A stretch of 64,000 nt of DNA from NCBI RefSeq assembly GCF_000181795.1, contig NW_003526943.1, positions 5,697,806-5,761,805 of the forward strand, given 5' to 3'. Below the pieces are notes generated by a model. It was not told where the DNA came from and made no database searches. It worked only from the letters and a program-made list of their open reading frames with translations. Origin of the DNA: Trichinella spiralis. Its lineage: Eukaryota. Shown here piece after piece: positions 11,701-23,700 of the stretch; the first letter of the stretch is position 1, and every line of letters starts with the position of its first letter. Made by a program: the position numbers and the translations under genes.

Positions 11701-14700
11701 CGGCCGTTTTAAAGCACTATGCAAATTGCAAACGTTTACTGCCCATTAGCTGTTCTCGTGTTACGGTTCTTCCCCAGCACGCTGTTATTGTTGTTTATAG
11801 CACCGGCTGTATCCAGTGAAATCCATGTTATATACAAATCAGACAAGGATATTCGCATCGAATGGAAACCCTATTCAGAATATCGAATTCAACATTATGA
11901 GGTGAGTGTTTATTTGATTTTGATTTATTCTGTTCACTCGTGATGTTGTTGTGGTTTTTATGATTTTTCACATTAAAATAAAGATAACAAACAAGTAATT
12001 ATAAATTGAAAATGTTCATTTCAAATTTTATTTTCTCCATTATCTGCATAAACCGAAGCGTCTGTTTGCTTTGAAGGGCGCTTTGTCACTTTTTTTAAAC
12101 ACATAAATGTCATTGTACTGATTTTCAATTTTCATTCAGTAATAAATAAGATGGTTGTTGTTCAAAAGTTTGGGTGAAAAATAAATTTTAAAAATTCTTT
12201 TCATTCAAACTCGATCATTCTTTCATTCATCGAAAAATCATCCATTATTATTATTATTTTATTACACTCAAGATAGTGTAATAAAGTTGATTTTTTGAAA
12301 AAGGAATTTTTCACTTTTTTTCTTCCAACTTACAATAATGCAGCTATTGTGAATGAGAAAGTATTAGAAATTTTTCTTCTTCTTTCTCTCATAAAATTAA
12401 AACTTGAAAAAATTGAATTGTCATCTTTCAGCTTATCAAAGTTTAAAGTGCCAATTTTATTTATTTATTTACCTTTTTTTAAATAAAAAAATATTCTAAT
12501 CATTGACAACAGGGAATAACTTTTTTGCACTGGTGTTGACTCTTGACATACAAATTATTATTATACTTTTTTCTTTTTATTCCATGCTATTGATGAAATA
12601 TTACTTTTAGTCAGTGTTGAAAAAGAAATAGAAATTTATATAGAATCTTTTTGGAATTGAGTTTGATGCAAATTAATACATGAACGTGTGTGTGAAGAAT
12701 TTGATAAATCTTTACAACTTGAATATTCAAATTGCAACGATATGAATTTTTGAAACAAAGTGCATATTTTAGTAAAAATTTAAATATTTTTTCTTATACT
12801 AAAATGAGCATTTTCAAACAATGTTCGACAATATTGTGTTGCATCACATATTATTGAATAATAGTAAACTTTAAATTCAGAAGTTCAATTTTACACAATT
12901 TTATTCACTCAGTTTAGTTTATAATGTTTGCTTATAATGAATAAATTAATAAATGAAAAATTGATTTCGGTGATAATCACTTTATTAATTGTATTAGAAG
13001 AATAAAATAGAAAAAAGAGAGAAGGAGGGTAAGAGAAAATTTTACATTTCAATAATGTTTACTCAGAGAAAAATTGCACACAACAAGAACAGCAACGTTT
13101 CGAGAGAAGAGCATTATGCGATGCGCCATTGGCAATGTGAAAGTTGCTTTGAAAATTTTCATAAAGAAAAGTGTGTTTGTTTCTCTTCACTTTTGTTAAA
13201 TGCCTGTTAAATGGCCCATTTTTGTTATACACAATGCTTCACAGGTTCCTCTGGCCAGAAAACAAAGCTTCACCTGATTGAAAATCGACTGCCTTGGTGG
13301 CAGTTGTTGGAACTATTTCAAAAATTGCAGCTGCTTTGACAGCTTCTTTGATTTTAAATTTAACGACCAGTTTCAGTTTCTTTTCAAAAATGAACCAACT
13401 TCTGAGAAACATTGTGAAACGTGTTCCTTAAATTTTCACAAAAATAGATTATGTTTAATTTATTTTTTTAAAATATATTTATTTATTTCAGTCAAATGTT
13501 TTGAAATTCTGCATTATAATTTCACATTATTATTTGTGATAAAATTATTTTATAATGATAATTTTGTCGTGCAATAATGAAGTTTCGTTGTTAATAATGA
13601 AATTATCCAAAGTTAATATTATACTAGTTTCATTAAGACACACACCACTCGTATAATGATTAGCAACTATCTGTTTCTGGTAATTTATAATTTTTTGTTA
13701 TTTACTGTGGATGAATTCATAATATTATTGCTTTTTTTCGTCGAACCATTTTATTATGATGATTATTTGAATGAAAAAAAAACCGTATAAATTAATTTTA
13801 TTTCTCAAATCAAATTTGCATGTACAAAGTGAAACAATCATAGGTATTGATATCAGAACGGACCGGTGACCACGAAGCTGTGCATGTATTTCGTGACCAA
13901 ATCGCGTCCAACGAAACGACATATTTGTTCAGCGATTTGAAGCCATTCACTGAATATAATATTGGTGTGATCGCTTTTGCTCAGCATGAGCCCAGACTTG
14001 TCTATAGACTGCAGATTCGTACGTCGAAAAATGAAGCCAAACTTTGGCCAATTCTACCTTCAGTGCACAGCAAAACCCTTGGAAAATTTAGCGTCCAATG
14101 GTCTCAACCTACTGAATTTCAAGATCGAACGCTCAAAGGTTTCTTTGTGGAATACCGTCTGCGCAATGAAAGCACGTAAGTTGAAATTTCTGTTAGCAGT
14201 TTTGGAATTTTCAAATTATTATTTATTCCCTTTCATTTGCAGTTGGAAACCATACGGCGACTTCATTCCTTATTTGCCAGGCCAAAAAGATTACAACACT
14301 GAAATAACTGGCTTTTCAGAGAAGATCATTTATGCTATACGTGTATATTTAGTCGACGATTCTGGAGAAGTTGTGGCAGTTACTGACGAATTTAACGTTG
14401 GCAGTGAAAGCGCTACATCATGCAACGGTATCATAATTGTCAAAAAGTTTTTTTTTTCTCTATTCACCTCTTTAAAGCACTATTTGATGTTTCAGGTGCT
14501 GCCGGAGTGCCTTTGGATTTGAGAACTTATATTGTAACACAAAACAGTATAACTTTCACTTGGAGCCGACCGACCTGCGATGAAAACTTTGGTCCAATTG
14601 AAGGATTTGAATACAAAGTAAGTGAATGCATGACAAACAAGTCATTTCATATTTTTATATTCTTCCGGACATGGACAGATTTTAAAATTTCAAAATTTAC

Positions 14701-17700
14701 AATCATCAACAACCCTGTTTAGTTTTGGAACAGAAAAAGTCGAAATGGTGAACCGAAATTTCCATCATTTGTTAAAAAAGACAAGGTGTCAATTGATCGT
14801 CTGCAGCCGGCTGAAAGTTACGCTTTCAAAGTTCGCTCCAAGAGTCGTTCAGGCCATAGTCCCTGGTCAGAAGTTATTAATGCTCAGACGAAACCTGCCG
14901 CGGAGCGAGGTAGCATTGAATAAAAAAAATTTTTTTTTCATTTATATGTGTAATCACTTTTTATTTATTGTCAATGGTTTATTTTATTTTTTAGAAATGG
15001 GCAATATTTTTAATCTCAGAATAATTCTTGCCCCTCCACGATCGTTTTTAGCTTGGACTCCACTGCCAGAGCACAGGGATCAAGTTCGCCGTTTCAAGTA
15101 ATTTACATAATTTAAAAATTTCACATTATTATGTGCTTTGATTTTACTTTCATTTCCACTCTTGCACAGACTGTCTTACAAGCTGAGTACAAGTGATCAG
15201 TGGCAAAAATTTGAAGATTTTCCTGAAGAATTCGAATGTCCACCCGGCATTGCCGACGAGCTCAATTATTGCTATGATTTGTCTTCTTTGCAGTTTGGCG
15301 TCCAATATACGGCAGATGTGAGTTTGAGAAAATTTTCTTTTATATGTATTATTTTTCTTTATTTGAAAATTTTCCAGATTGCATATCAACTGAAAAATGG
15401 TGAATGGTCCAAAAAAGGAAATCCATTATTTTTCATCCTAGTCGAAGCGGGTAAGTGTTTATTTATTTATTTATTTATTTGCTTTTTTGTTTGATTTGGA
15501 AAACAGTGAACAGCGTAGCAAGTTGCTTTTAACAAATCATACGCTGCTAACTTTTGCCACAAAACTAACTTTCAAAATTAAGCTGAACGCTAACCTCTAA
15601 CATGCATAACCGCTTAACTGCTGACTGACTGATTGCTGCTAAATTTAAACTATGGCTGTGAAGGCGGGAATACAACTTTTTACGCTAAAAAACTTACCGA
15701 ATTACCTCATCTGCTTCTAACGTGGAAACACTGCGCCACTAACAATGTAGCAAGTGTAGAAGATGAAATTAAAAAACAAAAAATACATTTATGCGTCGTC
15801 ACAGGAGTACCAAAGATTCCTGAAGCTCCTGCTCGACTGACTGTTCGGTTTATTACTGAAAATACAGCTGAAATTTCATGGCTTCCTCCATTATCTGATG
15901 TAAAAATCGATGAATATGAGGTAACAACTGATTCTACAGTGAAAGGCAGTCTTCTGTTTGTATAGCCTAGACTTTTTTGTGCATAAAAATGCAAAAACTA
16001 CTTTTTTTTGCTAATTGCTTTTATTATTTAAAAATTTATTACTATTATGCATTTTATTTTCTGAATTTCCGCTTTATGTTTATTATACTGTCTCCTATGA
16101 TCTTAATCTGTTCTGTTTTATTTCTGTATTCCCTCTTTTAATCATTTACATATTTATTTGTTTACTTCTGTTTTTCTTTTCTTTTATTTATTTTTAAGTT
16201 GTGCTTGCTTGTTGTCTTCTTTTCAATTTGTATTTAGTTTAGCAATTATAATTATAGATCAGCTTAACAGTAATAAGTTCTTCTCATGCTGGCGTTTCCC
16301 CTGGAAATACATTCTCACTACGAACTCCTGGAACAACGTATAGTCAGACGGTTGACAAATTTCATCCGGACACCGTTTACAATGTCTCTGTCACTGCTAA
16401 CAGTCGAGGAAATCATGGTCGTGCCGTATGGGAAATAGTTGGAAGAAGTACAAAAATATTTTTATTCATTTTCAGTCTACCGTAACACATCTTTGATTCA
16501 ATCAACAACACAACTTTGAACAGGCAATCTAAAAGTTGAGTCCAAAGGGATTGTTCTGTTTTTTTCAAATTTTAATTCTGACCGTGCTAATGAATATGGG
16601 CACAATATTATTTGCGGTTACCTGTTTGCATCCGTGAAAAATACTTTCTGTTTCATAGTATGCACATAGTCAGCAATGCCCATGATCCATATTTGAAATG
16701 GGAAAACAATTTGTTTAGTAATTTAAAATGTGGAAATTCAATTTGCTCAACTCGCAGTCAGCTGTGATATAATAACATTTGTATTCGTCTCAGCAACATC
16801 AAAATTTGCATTGAAAGATCCATTTTGAATCAGCATCATTTACCATTTTTGTGATTTTTTTGCATTTTATCTCTGTTTTTATTTCTTCAGCTCCACCAAC
16901 ATTTGAAGTAAAAGAGCCCAAGGTGAGGCAAAAAGGTGACACTTTCATAGTATTATGGGAAGTAGCTGGTCGTGAACAGAATTTATGCTGCTATCAGGTA
17001 TATGATTTAATGATAAACAAGCATCCATAGTAGCACATAGTTGTATGTTTCGGAACATTATTTGCAGATCGACGCTCGACAAGAGCATGAACATGAATGG
17101 CATACCGTATCTGGTCCAGTCAACCATCAAGCAGGTCAGCGTATGTACAGTCAGGAATTGTCTGGATTGCGTAGCACTGCACGTTATCATATTCGAGTTC
17201 GTGCCATAAGCTTTGATAATTACGCAACCGTTGCTACAAGCCCTGCTGTAGCAGTGGCTACACAATGTCAGGCACCTAGTGCTCCACCGGAAGATGTGCG
17301 TGTGAAGGCGGTTGATCAGAATACTATGCTTTTGAGTTGGAATGTATGTTAGCGATAGTATTTATTTATTTTAAATTTTTTTAAAAATTATTTTAACATT
17401 TAATTTGATGTTCTTTTTTACAGCATCCTGATAGGTCTACATGGGGTTGTCCAGATATTTATTACATAGTTGAAGGGGTAGTCGATAGACAACCTCCTCA
17501 ACAGTATCAAGTTCGAGCTGATCCAAGAGGTTTCCGTGTGGAACACCGCGTACAGTCTCAGGGTGGCAAGGAATGGAGATTCAGAATTCAGACGGCAAAT
17601 TCCTATGGTGTTTCACCTTGGACTGATTATTACACTGTGCAGTGTGAAACTGAATGTGAGTAATAATAGTGTTTGTTAATTGTGTGCTGAAAGCATAGGA

Positions 17701-20700
17701 AATGACTTTTTTGTAGCTCTGAGCTCTATGCCACAAGTGCGAATTCAAGGTGATCGAAACCAAATAACCTGGTACTCTCAAGGTGCTGGTTCTGGAAAAG
17801 TATACGGCTATGTGGTAGAATGTAGTTCTGGTGAAAGAGGATGGAAGCAAGAAGGGTAAAAAGATTTGTTTAATGTATAGATTTTTAAATCACGTATTTA
17901 ATATTGTGTCGGTGCAGAGCCATTGTTCCATTTCGTGGTGACAACATGCTATACAGAGTGGAAGTTCCGCTAAATCGCTGTACTTTGATCCGTGTCAGCG
18001 TAATTGATAAAAATCAAAAAGTCATATATTCGTCACCTGAAGTATCTGCGGAAACGCATTGTTTGCGTATGTTTTTCAACTTTTTATTAACCGTCTGCTT
18101 TTATTCATATGCTACTGATTTATTTCTAACTATAGGAGACAATTTTCTTTATTACACGTAAAACCGCATGCTAGCATAAATAATTGTTTGTTACTATTTT
18201 ATAGCTCCAAAGGAAGCGCCTTCTGAAATTGTTCTTACTGCTCCAGATCCTAAACATGTTCGGATCTCTTGGCAAGTGAGTTCAAGTTGTTTTATTTTCA
18301 CAACTGCATTTAAGATCAAGTTTTCTTGAAAAAATATCAGTGAATTCCATAATTTCCTGCAACTGAAGTTTTAATTTTCACAAAAACGATTGCTCCATAC
18401 ATGCCTCTTTTGAAATTAAACATTCATATTACTGTTTATAAATTATCATTAGAAACGGGCATGTTTGCATATAGGCTCCGAATAGGGCAACATGGCAATG
18501 CGGTGAAGTCGAATATGAGATCCAAGTCTTAGAACCAGCGCATATCAGACCTATTCGATTGAATAGTCGGGCAAATACTCACGTGTTGGATTCTGAACCG
18601 AATCAAAGATGGGTAGTACAGATGCGAACTGTCAGCAGAGGTGGAAGCAGCGCATGGTCGTCGAGCTCTCACGTTAGAACACCTGTTGCCAATGAACTCA
18701 TAACAACACCGATAGTTTTTGATCAGCAAAACATTCCAACTTTAACTTGGTACAGTGTTGATGGTGTGCAAGAGTTGGTTGCTTTTTACCGGGTAGAACT
18801 TCAGCGTGACGGTGATCAGAGGTGGACACCAATAAGCCATGGCGATGTGAGCATTCTCATAGTTGTAATTTTACTGGTCAGTGCCTAAAGTGAATTTTTT
18901 GCCTGTAGGTGAAATATGCGGGTTCGCAGCGACCTTACAGTGTACAGCTAACTGACTTGCGATCCAATGAAAAAGCTCAAGTTCGCGTGTTAGTCATTGA
19001 TCATAACAACGACATTCAGTACACTAGCCCAGCTATTCGAGTTCAAAAGAACGATGATTGTAAACCACCGCGCAGCTACCCTGGTGACATCAACGTTGAA
19101 CCAATCGGATCTTTTAAAATTCGAGTTTCTTGGAAAGTGAGTTGTTTTGTTCTATCAAAGCGGTTGAATGAAAACGTTTTTTTCTTTAAGCCGTTAACCA
19201 GAGCTGAATGGAACTGTGAGAAGCAGGGTTGGTATATTTTAAAGTACAGCAATTCTGCTGAGCAAGGATTTCGCAACTACAGTGCCCACAACAGCTTTGC
19301 GGAGCTTGAATCATCAGCCCATACATCTTGGGAATTTCAGCTCCAAGCTGCCAACGAAGCTGGCAAGTCACCATGGTCATCTGTTGTGACTGGAAAAACG
19401 CAGTCTTCAAGTAATTCGATTGAATTGATATTGTCTGCGTTTAGTAGTTGTTTGTAACTGCAAGCATTTCAGTGTATTCTTGAATAATAACAGTTTTAAC
19501 TGTTTTATAAAATGAAATATGCCCACCACAGTTGAATTGACTGAGTAGAAATTTTAAATGTAATACACTTTTTCTACTATGATCAATACAAAAATATGTA
19601 GATTTTTGTAAGTACATTAATTTATGAAAATGAAATTTTGTTTATTTTCAGTACCAGGCCCAGTTTTGAACGTGCGTTCAAGCAGCGTTGGAGCGAACTC
19701 AGTACAATTAACTTGGATGCCTCCTGCACAGCCGAACGGTGTTATCAGTGGTTACAAAATAAGTTATCAACTTCTTTCCAAGTACATATTACTCAGTGCT
19801 CATGCTAGAAGATAGTGTATCTTTGTATATTTTTGACATTCGGCAGGGGTCAATGTGAAGACTCACCTGGAAGGGTTGTAACTTTATCATCGAAAGAACC
19901 TCGAATCACGCTGCAAGGTTTGCATCCGAATTCTCGTTACAAAGCAACAGTCACTGCTGAAACTACCGTTCCTGGTGAAGCGACATCGTATGAATTTGTC
20001 ACCGATGAATCAAGTACGCTTTTTTTTATTAAGTAAAACAATTAATGAATAAATAAACGCCTTTTAATTTGTGCATTTCAGTCCCATCAGGTGCACCGAG
20101 AGCATTTCAAGCTACTGACATTCGTTCTGACCGTGTACATCTTAGCTGGCAAGCGCCGGCGTGTCTTATGACTAACGGTGACATCACTAGTTTTGAATAT
20201 GAACTCACCGGTGCTGATAACTGGGCAGCTGGTCAATATCATCGTCAGAAGACCAATTCTAATTCCGCTGAAGTGACTGGACTTACTGGCATGACAAAGT
20301 ACAAGGGTCGCGTTCGAGCTTTTACAAACAAAGGCGCTGGGCCATGGTCTGAATATGTCATTATTACTACGCGCTCTGCAGGTCATTATTGCTTTTGATA
20401 TTGTTTGTTTCTTTTTTTAACTTTAAATTTTAGATTCACCAGGTGCTGTACCGATGGTGCGCATTGTGGATGCTCAGTCTGATAGTGTAATGGTAATGTG
20501 GTTGGCTCCTTATCCTCCTTTAGGGCGAATCAACCGCTACAGGGTATGTGAATGTTGCATGTTGTACAAGTGTGTCATGCTGTTGGCATGCGTCGAATAA
20601 AATTTCTGTTTAGGTTCAATGCGCACCCAGCGGTTCCGGACGATGGAAAATTGAAGAATTTCCTTTAGAAAGGGCAGTGTGTCCTGAAGAGGTGGTACGC

Positions 20701-23700
20701 CGTTTGAAAACTCAGTCCACAATTAATGGACAAGCTTACTGTGCTCGAATTGGCAATCTCTCCCCTGAGCAAGCTTATGACTTTCAGGTTTTACATTGTT
20801 CGCAGTTTTTTGTTCAACATTTATTCATTTTTGACTTTTGCATTTTTACAGGTGAGCGCTCTAGGTGAATTTGGAAGTTGGGGGCCTTGGAGCAATTTGC
20901 AAACAGCCAAAACTGGAAGTGGTAAGTTATTATTATTATTTGAAAATTATGAAATTTGCTTGCTTGTTAAAGTTGATTGTTTGAAAAACTTTATCGTTAA
21001 GGTCCCGTTCAAATTTTAAATTTGGAAAAGACCGACGTTACGCAAAACAGCATTGGCATACAGTGGGATGTTGCTTCGCACGATCAGGGTAGAATTCGAG
21101 GATTTAAAGTAAGTTAAAAGTAAATTTTTCAGCGCTTCTAATTTAATATTTGTCAGATTGTTGCCGTTCCGGTATCCAGAGAACGCATGGTACAAGAATA
21201 TACTGTCGATAATATTATCACCCAATACCGAATTGACGGTCTGAGTGGCAATACGATGTACAACATTACCGTTCAAGCCAGGACAGACTCTGGCTATCAT
21301 CCAGGACCATCGATTTTGGTGAAAACCGGTGAATCAGGTTTGTAGTTTTAGCTCTAGATTTCCTGCAAAATTTAGCTGGATCATTTGTAATTGATTTAGA
21401 ATTAGCTCGTGTTGTTGTTCCACCAGTTTTGTCAGCTCAAGGTTCTGATTCAATAAGAGTTCGTTGGATCGCTCCCATAGAAAGCCATTCTATTACTGGC
21501 TATAAAGTGGAATACAAAACGGCTGCTTTGCCTGATTGGCGACAGCACGGTGATATTATTCCTCAAAGTCAAAGGAAAACAACTTTTGAAACTTTGATCG
21601 ATAAACTGACCCCGAATACTGATGTGACTGTTCGAATTGTTACTGTTGGTTCTGGTCAAAGATTCGGTATACCTAGCAAAGAAGTTTCAGAAAGAACATT
21701 TTGCGCAGGTATGTTACTGTACTTGTAAAATGCATTTTTCTTCATTGTATGGTGGAGTGTAAAAGTATGAATATATTTTCTTTCTTGCGTGAAATCAACG
21801 TTAAAATTTTAAAAGCATTCTTTGTGATTTTTCAAATATTTTTTTAAATTCAAGCTCCAAGTTCACCACCGCAAAACATCCGCTTGGATTCACTCAGTCC
21901 ATCTCAAATACGTTTGAACTGGGCCGTAAGCTGACGCTGCGCATTTGACATTTGAGTAAAAATTAAATCGCTAACTTTGTTCAGGCTCCTCCAAAATCGA
22001 CCTGGCAATGTGATGTTATCAATTATGAGATTGCCTACAGTACTGGTGTAGATCCTGTTGAAAAAGTGTTGCATGCAAGCGGACAGTCGTCTGAATACTT
22101 ATTACCGTCAGCACCTCACACACAATGGCAAATCAAAATGCGAACGACAAACAAAGTTGGATCAAGTGCTTGGTCTGAAGAAAGGGATATAACTACGAAA
22201 CAAGGAGGTATGGTAATTTTCATTTGGCATTTAGTTTTTGATTCATTTGAAATAAGCGATCAAAGAAACGAGTTGTTCAAATAATAGAAAATTGAGCAAA
22301 TCTGTACGCATGTTTTATTTAGCTCCTGGAAGAGTGCGCGGTTTCACATTGACATCAATTTCACCGAATGAAGTTAAAGCATGCTGGGCAATGCCAAGTG
22401 AAAAGCACGGCGTAATTGTTGGCTACGATGTTTCCTACAGACTGAAACATCGACTTGCCTGTCCCGATGAGGAGCCCAAGGACGTTAGTCGAGCGTGGAT
22501 TACTGTTTACAATGTCAAAGGTCTTGATTACACACTGACCGGTCTCCTTCCGTATGCAGAGTACGAAGTGAAAGTTCGTGCACGTACTACGGAACTTGGT
22601 CCTGAAGAACTGAAAATTGTCCAAACGCAGCCACAACGTAATTAATTTAGCTTTCCATTAATGCAAGTAAAATCATATCATGTTTACTTTTCTTCCTCAT
22701 ATTTAGCTCCAAGTGCACCGCCGTTAGATTTGAAAACGACCTTTCAACTTGAGCGCAGCTTGAGTTTTGTCTGGGAGCCGGTAGAGTGCAGCCAAAGACA
22801 CGGTTACATCATGAATTACGAGTATGAACTTATTGGGATGGACGACTGGGCAAAATTGGATGTCCGAATTGCAAACACCACTGATCAGAAAGTATGCCGA
22901 CAGTATGAAAATAATTTTTGTAATGTATGTATTTTGGCAAATTTTAGGTTGACATTGATGGATTAACACCGTTTACAAAATATGTGCTGCGTGTGAAAGC
23001 GTACAACAACGTCGGCGGTGGACCTTCTACCACAGACTTGGAAGTGATGACTTCCAAAGCTGGTATCAAGTGTCGGTTTAATTTGATTTGTAATTTGTTT
23101 AATTTTTTGTTTAAATTAAGCTGCACCACTGCCGCCACAAGATTTGACGGTCATGTCAGAGGGGTTAGATTTTGTAGCGGTGTCTTGGTTGCCTCCATAC
23201 CCACCGTATGGCCCGATTGATTCCTACAAACTGCGCTACCGGGTTATTGATTTGAAACGTGGCGAAGGAGAATGGAAAATTATTGAATTGCTAAAATCAG
23301 ATCCGAGCTTGAAATGCACTGGTGGTACGGTATTTGAACTCGCAAGGATGTGTTACAACATTACAAATTTGGACGTCAGCACTCAATACCGCATACAGGT
23401 AGCCATTTTGATTTTCTTGAGCAGTTTTAGTGATGTGATTAATCAAAAAATTCTATCATTAGCTTAACTCGGTTTTCTATTTTTCTTTGAATATATGATT
23501 ATTGCGATTACACTCCTTGTCAGCTGTAAATGAAATAATTATTCAACTGAACTTTTGAATAAAGTTCTGTTTATTTGTTTATAGTTCTTCTTATTGCATA
23601 AATATGTTTAAGATTGCTGCAAAAATTGTCGACGGTGATTATGGTGTTTGGAGTAGTCATGCCATAGCGAATACTTTAGTAGCGTTGCCAGATGCTCCGA

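Noticed and set aside
17934..17942. RGD tripeptide in one myotactin FN3 domain
   Set aside because: About one RGD is expected by chance in a roughly 4,000-aa ectodomain, and it is not in the F-G loop position used by fibronectin.
15318..19190. Stop-free 3n introns (15318-15377, 60 nt; 19137-19190, 54 nt) as retained coding sequence
   Set aside because: Both have good splice sites, and retention would insert F/I/K-rich peptides into FN3 cores. A few such introns are expected among 74.
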